DNA from: Candidatus Woesearchaeota archaeon
Lineage (GTDB): Archaea > Nanobdellota > Nanobdellia > Woesearchaeales > UBA9642
NCBI GenBank assembly: GCA_031402215.1
Contig: JANNSE010000062.1
Coordinates: 1-36,596, forward strand
Reading direction: 5' to 3'
DNA: 36,596 bases
Below are positions 25,461-35,600 of the stretch, one piece after another; within the stretch, counting starts at the first letter, position 1, and every line of letters starts with the position of its first letter. Both the position numbers and the translations under genes were made by a program. The notes beneath the pieces are model-generated. The model made no database searches. It saw only the letters and a list, made by a program, of their open reading frames with translations, and had not been told where the DNA came from.

Positions 25461-26462
25461 CTAAAATTTTATCTTATCTAATATTGAGTGTGCATTTGTA
25501 CTGTTTAAGTGTTTTGATAACTCGTTCCAATCCTTACCTAACTTTGTAGATAATTTAGTCTGCAATAACCTTGATTCGTCATCGCTAACACGCACATATT
25601 GGTCTACATCTATTAATCCATAAGGATATCCTAAGAATATCGGATCATTAGAGTTGGAGGCTAATAGCGAGAATAGCACATCAGCATCTTCCTTGAATTC
25701 TTTTTGTATCTCGAATCTAAACACGTGACTTGTTTTAGCATTTAATTTTATAAAATATATTTCAGCGGGATGTTTTGGATTATTGTTCGTGACAATAGGA
25801 TGATAGTGCCATTTATCCAAATTTGTCTCTGAACCTAAATCTAATAATTTCTTGGTTATGCTTAAACCGTTTCTTGTTGTTAAAGTGCATGTTTTACTCA
25901 ATGCACAGGTTTTTCCGTTTGAAAATAATTGTGTCAAATATTTATCTTCTAAAGGATATCGTGCCTCTAGCGTCCCATCCATAAGTATGTAATCTACATC
26001 GATAGCATGTGCGGTCGCATACTCTATTTCTGCAAATCTTCTAATTACAGAAACTATTCTAGTAATGCCACATTTCTCAAGACCTTGTTTTAATGATTCA
26101 TCTTCTGGATCAAAAACCACATTGTTGAAAGATGTTTCCGGATATGTTTTTACAGAGTACTTTCCTTTACTCTCTTTGATTAACAAATAGAATTCCTGAG
26201 ACTTACGACTTATTCTCTTATTATCGGAATAAACTATACCACCAACACGCACTATTGCTATGCAAAAATCTGCGCTCTCAAATAATACGTTATTTCCACC
26301 ATCTACAAATAACATTCTTTTCGATAATTTTTTTGGCGCAATATTATGAAAATTCTTTGATTCTATCTTGAAAGGAACATATCTAGAATTCATAGATAAA
26401 TAATCATCACCAGCATCTTTTCTAGTTACAATATTCTTCAATTCTTTGACTAATTCATCCAT
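25461..26462 (-). CDS. NurA-like 5'-3' nuclease domain protein
   Basis: MLFVDGGN (DGS-like N-terminal Asp motif), RRFAEIEYA, YILMDGTL and GYPYGLIDVDQYVRVS resemble the conserved NurA blocks. It has its own TATA-like box ~26 nt upstream. Confidence 0.6.
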   Translation of the reverse strand: MDELVKELKNIVTRKDAGDDYLSMNSRYVPFKIESKNFHNIAPKKLSKRMLFVDGGNNVLFESADFCIAIVRVGGIVYSDNKRISRKSQEFYLLIKESKGKYSVKTYPETSFNNVVFDPEDESLKQGLEKCGITRIVSVIRRFAEIEYATAHAIDVDYILMDGTLEARYPLEDKYLTQLFSNGKTCALSKTCTLTTRNGLSITKKLLDLGSETNLDKWHYHPIVTNNNPKHPAEIYFIKLNAKTSHVFRFEIQKEFKEDADVLFSLLASNSNDPIFLGYPYGLIDVDQYVRVSDDESRLLQTKLSTKLGKDWNELSKHLNSTNAHSILDKIKF

Positions 26463-26514
26463 AAATTTGAGAACTTTTTAGAGTATAAAAAGGTTGTTGA
26501 ATCTTAGAGCAAGA

Positions 26515-27027
26515 TTAAAATTTCAAGAATTTAGTTTTAAGTTTGTAATGCTTGAATATAGTATCTGCAACATAATCCTTTTTAGAGTATCCAAGCAGTT
26601 GTGCAACAGCAAGTATATTCTTTTCTGAACCTTCTATTTCAAAGAAGGGAGGTATTTTCGGCAATATACATATCTCTACAGAACAATTTTTTATATTCCA
26701 ATATTCTCGCTTTATTTCGGTGATTCCTAATTTTTTCAAACCTAACGTTTCTAATATATTAACTACACTCTTATAATCTACCCATGTTTCATATTCATCC
26801 ACCATCTTACAGCCACGCACCACTCTCTTGTTTGCTTTGAGTGTAAGAAGTGTGTTTGGACCTTCTCTTCGCACACGCACAGTAATCTTAGATTTTTTAG
26901 TGTAATCATTACTATAAAGAATGTTTTGCTGAAAAACTTTTTTAAAAAATTTTGCGCCATGTCTTTTCAAATCTTTGCGCACAGAATCAGGATTTATATT
27001 TAATATTTTAACTTCTATTTCATTCAT
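26515..27027 (-). CDS. CYTH-domain protein (triphosphate tunnel metalloenzyme; CyaB/ThTPase-like)
   Basis: The N-terminal EIEVKIL (ExExK) motif and the ~170-aa size with alternating basic/acidic beta-strand pattern fit this family. A TATA-like box lies ~25 nt upstream. Confidence 0.8.
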   Translation of the reverse strand: MNEIEVKILNINPDSVRKDLKRHGAKFFKKVFQQNILYSNDYTKKSKITVRVRREGPNTLLTLKANKRVVRGCKMVDEYETWVDYKSVVNILETLGLKKLGITEIKREYWNIKNCSVEICILPKIPPFFEIEGSEKNILAVAQLLGYSKKDYVADTIFKHYKLKTKFLKF

Positions 27028-27106
27028 AGTGTAAAAATGAATCTCATATTTAAAAGGTTTATCCCAGATCTGCTTAAGAAAGTAAAAGAATAAAAAAGTA
27101 AAGAAA

Positions 27107-27733
27107 CTATATTCCTTTCTCCGGGTGGAAAGGTTTTGGCATCTCGTATAATGTTTTAAGTTTCAAGTATTGCTTAATTGTGTTTTGCAATCTATAAGTA
27201 GATTTGTACAAATCTACTTTATGCGATTCTATCTGTTCTTTATATATTCTATTTCTAAATAGATTTTGGATAAATTTACTCTTTAATATTGGTGTTTTAT
27301 CCCATTTATCTTCATAATCCAATTGCAACCATGCTTCAATATTTATGATTACATCTCCTCTATCTGTCTTCATCTTGTAACCTTGATGCATTACTTCAAT
27401 AGATTTCATATTAATTGTTGTGAAATCAATCTTAACGAAATATCTATAATACTTACTGTTATTTGGAGTTTTAAGCATTCTCCATCGTATTCTGTGTTCT
27501 TTTGAACCGGTTCCGCCTATACGTTCAAGATAGAATAATTCAGGATTTCCGTCTCCTCCTCTTTCACCATACACGTCCACAAACCCTTCTTCATCAAGCC
27601 AATCGTGAATCAACTTGTAAAGATTCTTCATGTGAAATGTATCTTCGTTCTCTACATTTAGGGCTACAATTCTAATATCTTTCTGCCCCTTTTCTATACT
27701 ATCCCTTTTATCGAATTTGAACATCACACACAT
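27107..27733 (-). CDS. hypothetical protein (208 aa), no recognisable family
   Basis: Clean ORF. I prefer ATG 27733, which lies ~28 nt from a TATA-like TTTTTAAAT on the minus strand. Confidence 0.5.
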   Translation of the reverse strand: MCVMFKFDKRDSIEKGQKDIRIVALNVENEDTFHMKNLYKLIHDWLDEEGFVDVYGERGGDGNPELFYLERIGGTGSKEHRIRWRMLKTPNNSKYYRYFVKIDFTTINMKSIEVMHQGYKMKTDRGDVIINIEAWLQLDYEDKWDKTPILKSKFIQNLFRNRIYKEQIESHKVDLYKSTYRLQNTIKQYLKLKTLYEMPKPFHPEKGI

Positions 27734-27823
27734 AGTAGTCAATATACAGACTTATGATTTAAAAATTTTTGTATTAAACCCAAAAACAATACCTTTTTAA
27801 TAGATTACATCTCAACCAAGTAT

Positions 27824-28774
27824 ATGAAAAAGAGGGGTTTTAGATTATTCCCTAAGTCTATGAAATCTAAGCATGACTGGGGGGATAAGGTTTACGTATC
27901 AGGAGTCTATGAGTGTTCTATCTGTGGTAATTACGAGGCTTTTAAAAAAGGCGAGAATTTTTCTGAATGTCAAGATTGTATAAATGCCAAGCGTGAAGAA
28001 GATAATAAATGGTACGCTACAAACGAGTTAGTTTACTTTCTTTCTAAAAATATTAATATAGAATTTGAAAAATTTCAAACTGTTTCGATAAAAATAGCCG
28101 ATTCAATCACAGAATACGCTGGTACAGTAGGATTCTTCTTATTACACGTATTATGGTTTGCACTATGGGTTCTAGCTAATCAAGGATTTTTTGGCCCAAA
28201 ATACGTTTTTGACACATTCCCATTCGGATTGCTTACTATGATTGTCTCATTAGAAGCTATCTTCTTATCAACATTCATTTTGATGAGTCAGAATGTTGCT
28301 GCGAAAAAATCGGAGATGCGTTCTGAACACGAGTATCAAGTTAATTTAGAGACTGAAAAAAATGTTGCTGAAATATTAGCAATGATAAAGGATATTCGTA
28401 AGGAAAGCGACATTAGAACCGAACACATTGTCGATCTTAAAGAGAGTGTGGAAGAGTTATCTGATCAAATAGAAGATGATGCAGAAAATAAACCTAAAGA
28501 AGTGGATATCGAAGAAGAAAAAGAAGAAAAGCAAGAATTCGAAGATCATGAAAAGTTACTTGACGAAATAGGAATAGATGTTATTCCAGAATCTGCTCCT
28601 CCAGTAATATTGGAAGAAGAAGATGTCATAGATAGAGATCATCTTAAGAAAGACAGAAAGAAGAATACTACAAGCAAAGGAAAGAAGACTTCAAAGATTA
28701 TTAAACTTAAGAAAATTCAAACGAAATTAAAGAAAGTCTTGCTGAAAGCAAAGAAATCTTCAAAGAAGAGATAA
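27824..28774 (+). CDS. DUF1003-type membrane protein with an N-terminal zinc ribbon and an acidic-then-basic C-terminal tail
   Basis: CSICG...CQDC is the zinc ribbon. FPFGLLTMIVSLEAIFLSTFILMSQN resembles the DUF1003 core with two TM helices. A TATA-like box lies ~27 nt upstream. Confidence 0.65.
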   Translation: MKKRGFRLFPKSMKSKHDWGDKVYVSGVYECSICGNYEAFKKGENFSECQDCINAKREEDNKWYATNELVYFLSKNINIEFEKFQTVSIKIADSITEYAGTVGFFLLHVLWFALWVLANQGFFGPKYVFDTFPFGLLTMIVSLEAIFLSTFILMSQNVAAKKSEMRSEHEYQVNLETEKNVAEILAMIKDIRKESDIRTEHIVDLKESVEELSDQIEDDAENKPKEVDIEEEKEEKQEFEDHEKLLDEIGIDVIPESAPPVILEEEDVIDRDHLKKDRKKNTTSKGKKTSKIIKLKKIQTKLKKVLLKAKKSSKKR

Positions 28775-28790
28775 AATAACTATTTAGAAT

Positions 28791-30065
28791 CTAATCTAAC
28801 CATTCTTTATTTTTTATTTTTTCTGGTAAATATTTCTCAGAAATAAACGAGATACCTTTAGAGGATAACGACTGGATTTCTACCTTTGCATCGAAGTCTT
28901 TCATCATTTTGAACTGGCGTTGCCAATCTTTGTGTTTCTCAAACCATTCGTATGCTTGCATTTGTTTGATTCTTGATCTATCTTGGTCTGTTAATCTAAT
29001 GAAATGTCTCTTAAGGTCATATTTTACAATATCATCCATTGTGATACCTAGGAATTTAACATCAGGAATTGCCATCTCATCAGCCATGTGTGCTAATGCA
29101 ATACTTCCAAATTTAACTACACTATAAATGTAGAACCCATAAATATCTCCATCTGTTAATACTAATATTGGAAGATGATGTTCTTTACTTAATCTTTGTA
29201 ATAATCTTCTTACTCCTCGAGTAGTTTGACCTTGTGATGCCATTATTATGCAATTCTGTTTTTCCCAGAATCTATCTTCATGTAAACGCTCCCAAACAGC
29301 AGCCTTCTCCATGTATATTACATATTTTGCATCAACTTTTTTGAATTTAATATTTTCAACATTTGATGGAATAGACCAACCGCCACTTCCTAACTTTGAC
29401 CAATCTATAACATCTCCAGAATCTTCAATGATGACTTTTCCTACAACAGAACCCATTTTGTTTGCGTTAACATTCAAGTTCTCTCTAGAAAATCCTGTGA
29501 TTAATTCTAAGTCTTCAATTACTTTATCTGATTCCTTTTGTTCATCAACAACATTTATTTTAGTATTAGGAATTGTACGCTTTGCCATATAGAATACATC
29601 TCTCAGGCTTGCGTGTTTTTGTACGTCTAATAGATTCTTACATATCGAAGCTACTTCTATTGTTTGTAAGAATTTTTTTGAATGTGCTGCGTTGAAGAAG
29701 AATCTTTGTGATGTTTTATCTCCTAATCCTAGAGTCTTAGATTCTTTATCGTAGACTACATTTGATAATCCTCTTACTGATAATTCAATTTTAGGACTAT
29801 CTCCTGCTTTTATATCGGCAACAACAGATTTTCCTAAATTAACTAATTCTTCTCTTGGAGTGCCTGTTCTTCCAGCCATTGCTTTTCTTTCTGCATTGGA
29901 TGCATTGACAGATGTGCTAGGAGTTGTGTTAACAAATTTCTCTTTAATATTTTCTTTATCCTTCTTAACTTCCTTAGTTTCCTTAACTGTATTTGATTGT
30001 GAAAATGTCATCTGTATTTCTTTCTCTCCAAGTTTCTCGTTTTTATTTTGATTTGATTTAGCCAT
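28791..30065 (-). CDS. top6A: DNA topoisomerase VI subunit A (Spo11-like)
   Basis: LRDVFYMAKR is the catalytic Tyr region, VIYMEKAAVWERL carries the Toprim Glu, and LVLTDGDIYGFYIY is the DxD block. The ATG is separated by 1 nt from the top6B stop (TAA-A-ATG), suggesting translational coupling. A ~70-aa N-terminal extension is present. Confidence 0.93.
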   Translation of the reverse strand: MAKSNQNKNEKLGEKEIQMTFSQSNTVKETKEVKKDKENIKEKFVNTTPSTSVNASNAERKAMAGRTGTPREELVNLGKSVVADIKAGDSPKIELSVRGLSNVVYDKESKTLGLGDKTSQRFFFNAAHSKKFLQTIEVASICKNLLDVQKHASLRDVFYMAKRTIPNTKINVVDEQKESDKVIEDLELITGFSRENLNVNANKMGSVVGKVIIEDSGDVIDWSKLGSGGWSIPSNVENIKFKKVDAKYVIYMEKAAVWERLHEDRFWEKQNCIIMASQGQTTRGVRRLLQRLSKEHHLPILVLTDGDIYGFYIYSVVKFGSIALAHMADEMAIPDVKFLGITMDDIVKYDLKRHFIRLTDQDRSRIKQMQAYEWFEKHKDWQRQFKMMKDFDAKVEIQSLSSKGISFISEKYLPEKIKNKEWLD

Positions 30066-30066
30066 T

Positions 30067-31800
30067 TTACTCTTCTAACTCTTGTTCATCTTCAGAATCA
30101 TCGGAATCATTGGAGTTCTTACCTTTTTTACCATCTGATTCTTCATCAGCTTCTCCTTTCAATGATTCCATCTCGAATATTTGTTGCTTTATTTCATCCT
30201 TATTAGTCATTGCTTTTAACTTGTCAAGTAAAATATCTTTATTTTCTCCCGTTAACCTTGATAATGCGTCAGCAACTTCAGGCATGTATCTTTCGAATAG
30301 ATTTGCTCTTTCTAATTGATTTTGTACTCTATGTTTTTTTGCAACATATAATTGTAATCTTCTACCTGCTTCTTGCACTGCTAACTTTAATTCCTTAATT
30401 ATGTCAGGGTAATGTGCTAATGCTTCTTTTGATTCTGATGTGAATGGCACCCACACTGAACACATGTGTACTAATATTGTTAATGGACCTTGTGGAATTG
30501 AACCAGCACTTTGTTGTAATCCGTATGCTTTCCAATTTGTTGTTGTAATAGCTTTTGTTACAGCACATGCACCTTGTTGATATAATAATGGAACACGATT
30601 TGCGAATCTTAATATTTGAATTGGACCTTCCTTACTTTGATTTCCACCGTATGCTATTCCTACTTCCATTTGGAAAGGATTTCCTCTGTATACAAATATT
30701 GGTCTAGTAACAGCAACATAAAATTCTGCATTGATTTCTTTTTTCAAACTTCTCTCTAAAAGTTCTTCTCCAATTGGACTTAAACAATCTGTTGTTGGAG
30801 CCATTATCTTAGTTTCTTTCATTGCCTTGATGAGTTTTTCTGCGTCTTGCATACTCATTTCTTCAGGTTTCTTCTTAGGATCAATCAAAGCCATCTCACA
30901 TATTTCTTTTGCCGTTCCTGCTCCAACTCTAGATAAATCGTTTAATAAGAATGAATTTAATGTTCTAGCCTCAGTGTTTTTCAACATTTTCATTAATATT
31001 CCTAATTCTAAACCATACGGATGAGGTTTAATCTCTAAGGGTTCTTTAGGAAGAGAATCTGTTGCTCTTGCATAAATGAATTGTTCTGCTTTAGGATTAG
31101 TATAGATTATAGTTGCATGAGGATTTACAATTGCAGTTTCTTTCAAATATTGGTCAACAGATTGATCTCCTTTGATGTATGATGCTTCTAAATCCATTTC
31201 TATTCTTGTTCCATGTTCTTTTGCATCCCAAGGTTTTATTTCATCAACCATTATTTCTGGACTATTAGTTTGAGTATCTAAGTGTAATTCCATGTAATGT
31301 GCAGGTTTATCTGCATTAGTCTTGGATATTATTTTTGTAGGTCTTCCTGTTGTTAATTGTGCAAACATTACAGCAGCACTTATTCCAATACCTTGTTGTC
31401 CTCTAGATTGTCTTAATCTATGGAATTTAGAACCATATAATAATTTTGCAAATATTTTTGGAATTTGTTCTTTAACAATTCCTGGACCGTTGTCCTCTAC
31501 GATAATTCTATAACGACCTTCTGCCATTTCAATTATTTCTACACTAATTTCCGGCAATATTTTTGCTTCTTCACAAGCATCTAAAGCATTATCTACTGCT
31601 TCTTTTATTGTTGTTAATAATGATTTTCTAGGATTATCAAAACCTAATAAATGTCTATTTTTCTCGAAGAATTCAGCTACTGAAATATCTTTTTGACCTT
31701 TTGCTAAGTCTTCAGCAGTTGGTTTTCTAGATTTAGTGCTTTTATCATCACTTTTATCGACCTTAACTGCCTTACTTTCCGTTTTAACTTTCTCAGCCAT
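30067..31800 (-). CDS. top6B: DNA topoisomerase VI subunit B (GHKL ATPase)
   Basis: EAVDNALDA (N box), EDNGPGI (G1) and GQQGIGISA (G2), followed by the transducer domain. The C-terminal tail is acidic ([12 protein letters not shown]). Confidence 0.93.
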   Translation of the reverse strand: MAEKVKTESKAVKVDKSDDKSTKSRKPTAEDLAKGQKDISVAEFFEKNRHLLGFDNPRKSLLTTIKEAVDNALDACEEAKILPEISVEIIEMAEGRYRIIVEDNGPGIVKEQIPKIFAKLLYGSKFHRLRQSRGQQGIGISAAVMFAQLTTGRPTKIISKTNADKPAHYMELHLDTQTNSPEIMVDEIKPWDAKEHGTRIEMDLEASYIKGDQSVDQYLKETAIVNPHATIIYTNPKAEQFIYARATDSLPKEPLEIKPHPYGLELGILMKMLKNTEARTLNSFLLNDLSRVGAGTAKEICEMALIDPKKKPEEMSMQDAEKLIKAMKETKIMAPTTDCLSPIGEELLERSLKKEINAEFYVAVTRPIFVYRGNPFQMEVGIAYGGNQSKEGPIQILRFANRVPLLYQQGACAVTKAITTTNWKAYGLQQSAGSIPQGPLTILVHMCSVWVPFTSESKEALAHYPDIIKELKLAVQEAGRRLQLYVAKKHRVQNQLERANLFERYMPEVADALSRLTGENKDILLDKLKAMTNKDEIKQQIFEMESLKGEADEESDGKKGKNSNDSDDSEDEQELEE

Positions 31801-31886
31801 TACTAATGGAGTTCAAGCAGGCATTAATAAATATTTCTATTGGCGAGAATATAATGTATATAAATGACGCGAATAAAAAAAATTAG

Positions 31887-32747
31887 TTAACCTATATGTT
31901 TATCGAGCAAATTGTTTAAGTGAGTTATATTTTTAGGAGAATATCTCTCTAGCCAACTTCGTTTTTGAGTGCCTTTCCACATTCTAAGGAGTTCTTCTTT
32001 AGTCTTAAAATATAGTATTACATCAGGTCTTACAGGGTCGTTTAACTCACGCATACGTTTCTGCTCCTCTTTAGTGAGAGTATCTAAAAAACCGTCGACA
32101 TAATAATCACCATTCTCATAGATATTTAAATCTTGAACAAACATTAAGTTTATTCTAGCATCTAATTCTGCTAAAGGTAAATCCTTCAATTTTATTCCCG
32201 GATCTATAGCAATTACCGAATCAGTTTCAAAAACATACAAGAAATTTTTCGGTAATAAATCTGGATGCAGCAACATGGGATTGTTCTCTTTTTTAGCAGT
32301 ACTACGTATAGCGTCAGTGATGTCTAATAATTGTTGATATTGGTGTCTATAATTTCCGCCATTACGCAATAATTTAGAAAAATTAAGTGAATTCAAGTGT
32401 GCATAAACTAGTGCTTTATCTTGACGCTCTAATATAGTTATACAAGGAATATTTCTTTTTTTCCATTCGTCTAAAACACGACACTCTATGTCTAAAGTCT
32501 CTCCATGCATGCCTCGAATACTATAATTAGAACCTAGTTTGCCGGCGTAATAATTCTTTAGAGGCTCGTCTAGTCTTTTCAAAGTAGATTTAATAAAACC
32601 GTGTGCTTTCGGAGAAAATAATGATTTATACACCAGACGTAATGTTCCTAGCTCTACATGAAATACGTTATTGCTACCATCATCTAATGCAATACAAGTA
32701 TTATTTTTCATTACATCATCTACATACGGATAAAGTGTGTTACGCAT
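31887..32747 (-). CDS. protein-kinase-like fold phosphotransferase (APH/ChoK/RIO-like), specificity unknown
   Basis: LLHPDLLPKNFL is an H-x-D-x4-N catalytic loop and IAIDPG is a DFG-equivalent. I cannot make a firmer family assignment. Confidence 0.5.
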   Translation of the reverse strand: MRNTLYPYVDDVMKNNTCIALDDGSNNVFHVELGTLRLVYKSLFSPKAHGFIKSTLKRLDEPLKNYYAGKLGSNYSIRGMHGETLDIECRVLDEWKKRNIPCITILERQDKALVYAHLNSLNFSKLLRNGGNYRHQYQQLLDITDAIRSTAKKENNPMLLHPDLLPKNFLYVFETDSVIAIDPGIKLKDLPLAELDARINLMFVQDLNIYENGDYYVDGFLDTLTKEEQKRMRELNDPVRPDVILYFKTKEELLRMWKGTQKRSWLERYSPKNITHLNNLLDKHIG

Positions 32748-32825
32748 AAAATCAGAGAGAAAAGATCCTTTAAAAAGATTATCACTAATTAGTTACACCT
32801 CAATATGCGATTTAGAAATCTAATG

Positions 32826-33380
32826 TTAGAATCCAGGTTCTTCTGCAATTTTTTGTTTTGATAACTTGTGTTGTCTTTCTAACCATTTATAGACGTTAGC
32901 ATGTGGACTTCCAGCAAGTAATGTTTCAACAGAACGCTTACAGTTACCAATATTCTCGACGCTACCAATCATAGAAATTGTCTTACCATATACAGAAATT
33001 GAACAATCAGTTAGTGATTCTAAAGTATTTCTTGATTTTCCGTCAGCACCAATAACTCTTCCCTTTAATCTTAATTGGGTTGATTTTTCTTTAGAATAAT
33101 CGTTTAATGATATAACTTCAAGAACATAATCTTGTTTTAATAATTGTTTTGCAATTTCAGGATTAAATCCTCTACTTATTGCCTTAATAACTTCTCTTAA
33201 AACAAATAATTTAATAGCTTCTTTTCCAGAAATAGTTACGTCGCCTTCTTTACTATCAACATTTATTTTACATTCAGTTTCTTTTTCTAACTCGGCCTTA
33301 GTCTCGCCTTTTGCACCTATAAGTACAGCGATTCTATCTTTAGTGATTCTCAAATCATAACTATACTCTTCATCAGCCAT
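32826..33380 (-). CDS. two-KH-domain RNA-binding protein (archaeal Dim2/Pno1-like)
   Basis: Two type I KH units with GxxG loops are present (VLIGAKGETKAELEKET and RVIGADGKSRNTLESLT). Confidence 0.8.
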   Translation of the reverse strand: MADEEYSYDLRITKDRIAVLIGAKGETKAELEKETECKINVDSKEGDVTISGKEAIKLFVLREVIKAISRGFNPEIAKQLLKQDYVLEVISLNDYSKEKSTQLRLKGRVIGADGKSRNTLESLTDCSISVYGKTISMIGSVENIGNCKRSVETLLAGSPHANVYKWLERQHKLSKQKIAEEPGF

Positions 33381-33491
33381 AATGATAGAAACAAAGGACG
33401 GTTTTTAAAGTAGACGGTTTAAGTATTTATGTACAGTAGTAACTCACTAATTAATACAAAGGTATTTCAATAAAGTTGTATAGAGAGTAGT

Positions 33492-34259
33492 ATGCCTCAT
33501 AAGAAATTGATTAATGTGAAAATATTATTGTGGTTCGTAGTATTATTAACCATATCGTTGATTGTTACTAAAATGGTTAACATGGATATACCAATAGAAA
33601 CAGGCATATTAGGAACAATGTACACATTCTTCTATGGTCTCTTTATTAATTCATTATTCAAATTTTTAGATGAAAAATATCTAAATTTCAGAACGTTTCT
33701 CGGAGATTTAATAGGTAAAGCACAATCACTATACAATGTAGCATTACTTACTGGTAACGAGAAATTTATCAAACACATAAAATCAGAATTAATTTCATTC
33801 ATCAGATCATTCAATACATTGCCTGCAACAAAGTATTATTTAAATCAGTATCACATAAATAAACTCTACGATACGACTCATGATTTGAAAGTAAGAAATC
33901 GTAAGGATTCTACACATTATGCTAGCGTATTATCCGCAATTGACGGATTAAGTGTGTCTAGAGAAAAATTAGAAATATTTGGAAACAAACACATAACAAG
34001 GGAAACAAAATTAATATTCCTTAGTACAACAGTTTTGTATATAGTGGTTATTGCATTTATCACATTTGCAAAAGCAAACATATACATGAATCTTACAGGC
34101 GTATTATTAATTGGAATGGTAATATTCATTGCAATATTAATGCTTAACATAGATGATTTATCATATGGATTATATTATGTTAAAACAAAGAATCTAGAAG
34201 AATTAATAGATGTAATCGAGAATAAAAAATTACAAACTGAAGACGATTTGAAGAAATAA
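33492..34259 (+). CDS. membrane protein (2+2 TM helices around a helical cytoplasmic domain)
   Basis: The hydrophobicity pattern supports this call. The topology is reminiscent of bestrophin/DUF4239-like proteins, but I cannot confirm that. Confidence 0.45.
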   Translation: MPHKKLINVKILLWFVVLLTISLIVTKMVNMDIPIETGILGTMYTFFYGLFINSLFKFLDEKYLNFRTFLGDLIGKAQSLYNVALLTGNEKFIKHIKSELISFIRSFNTLPATKYYLNQYHINKLYDTTHDLKVRNRKDSTHYASVLSAIDGLSVSREKLEIFGNKHITRETKLIFLSTTVLYIVVIAFITFAKANIYMNLTGVLLIGMVIFIAILMLNIDDLSYGLYYVKTKNLEELIDVIENKKLQTEDDLKK

Positions 34260-34268
34260 AAGATAATT

Positions 34269-35000
34269 TTAACTTTTCTTCTCAACTTTCTTTCCAACAA
34301 TTTTATTATATGTTTTTAATTCATCTTCTTCGGATATGGGGAAGAACTTTCTAAAGTATATAGACATATTTCTTACATCTCGAGTTATCAATTCTTTAGC
34401 ATTACTAGCCGTAGTCATGGTTGATTGTGAAAAATCGATAAACACTGGTTCCTCATGATAATTCAAAATATTAAATGGACTTAAATCTCCGTGTATCATT
34501 CCTTTATCAAATAATTTTTTCATATTGTCTAAGACTTTTTTATAGAATTTTTTCGGATTCTTTGGCGGAGAATCTTTTAATTCTGGAGCAGGATCATCAT
34601 CGCCAATAAATTCCATTAATAGAATATTATCTTTGAACGTTATGGGCTTTGGAACCTTTATTACTTGACGTGCAAGTAATAAATTCTTATATTCTCTTTG
34701 TGTCCATGCAAAAACTATCATTCTTGTTTTTTTATTTAATGAAGTATATCTAGGATCTTGACTCAAATACTCGTACATTTTTCCAAAATTACAGTTTTCT
34801 AGTCTGTAAATCTTCACAATTATTTTATGGTCTTGTTTTGTATTAGCCGAGAATACATTCGCTTCCTTGCCTACTTTGATTGTACTTTGTAATTCTTCGA
34901 AGTGCCCTTGACTAGACATTTGAAATAATAGAGCTTTAGAATGCTGACTAAATACGTTTCCATAAACTTTCCATTCTTCTCTACCTTTATTTGTACTCAT
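34269..35000 (-). CDS. rio1: RIO-type serine protein kinase (Rio1-like, no N-terminal wHTH)
   Basis: STIKVGKEANVF (nucleotide-binding loop), MIHGDLSPFNIL (catalytic loop) and VFIDFSQS (metal-binding loop). Confidence 0.88.
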   Translation of the reverse strand: MSTNKGREEWKVYGNVFSQHSKALLFQMSSQGHFEELQSTIKVGKEANVFSANTKQDHKIIVKIYRLENCNFGKMYEYLSQDPRYTSLNKKTRMIVFAWTQREYKNLLLARQVIKVPKPITFKDNILLMEFIGDDDPAPELKDSPPKNPKKFYKKVLDNMKKLFDKGMIHGDLSPFNILNYHEEPVFIDFSQSTMTTASNAKELITRDVRNMSIYFRKFFPISEEDELKTYNKIVGKKVEKKS

Positions 35001-35058
35001 AATAAATAGAACTCTAGCAAATATATAAAGGTGATTGAGAGATAAAGAAATAGCACAA

Positions 35059-35580
35059 TTAGAAATTATTTACACGATAAACATTCTTTTCCAGAGAACT
35101 ATCACAATTGTATATTTTTTCTAATTTAAGAGAATCACATTTTTGCAATTTCTCAAACAATGCAAGTATAGGTATAGGATTTTTGCTTTGAGTAATAAAA
35201 AAAGCCTCTGAATATCCCGTTTCCTTTAGCCAATTCAATCTAAGTTGTGTGATTAGAGTCCCATAACCTTTTCTTTGATGTAAAGGCGCGACTAATAAAT
35301 CACATAATTCTGGTCCAGAAAATATTAATTTTCCATCATTATTTTTTATAGTATTTCTTATGACTCCACCTTGACCAATATATACCTCTTTATACTTCTG
35401 AGAACTTATCAATTCCTCAGAAGGTAAATTGTTTTCTTCAGATGTCAGAACAAAATATACTCCAAAATCATCGTTGAAAGATCCCGACATTTTTTTGGCA
35501 ATTCCTCTTAATTCTGTTGCATCAATTTTCTCGACAGTAATATTTTCTCCATTATGACTTATTTTTTCTATAATACCCAT
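35059..35580 (-). CDS. GNAT-family N-acetyltransferase
   Basis: HQRKGYGTLITQ matches GNAT motif A (Q/R-x-x-G-x-G/A). ATG 35580 lies 26 nt from the minus-strand TATA-like CTTTATATAC (35601-35610), so I prefer it over the longer track ORF. Confidence 0.7.
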   Translation of the reverse strand: MGIIEKISHNGENITVEKIDATELRGIAKKMSGSFNDDFGVYFVLTSEENNLPSEELISSQKYKEVYIGQGGVIRNTIKNNDGKLIFSGPELCDLLVAPLHQRKGYGTLITQLRLNWLKETGYSEAFFITQSKNPIPILALFEKLQKCDSLKLEKIYNCDSSLEKNVYRVNNF

Positions 35581-35600
35581 AATCGTAGAATGAGAAAAGA

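Noticed and set aside
30065-30069. TAA-A-ATG junction between top6B and top6A as something unusual
   Set aside because: Tight coupling of the two topoisomerase VI subunit genes is expected for an obligate heterotetramer. I noted it only as evidence under the feature.
28909-31513. Several 60-115-aa plus-strand ORFs inside top6A/top6B
   Set aside because: They are antisense to two confidently identified topoisomerase VI genes. Their peptides are low complexity and S/F/L-rich.
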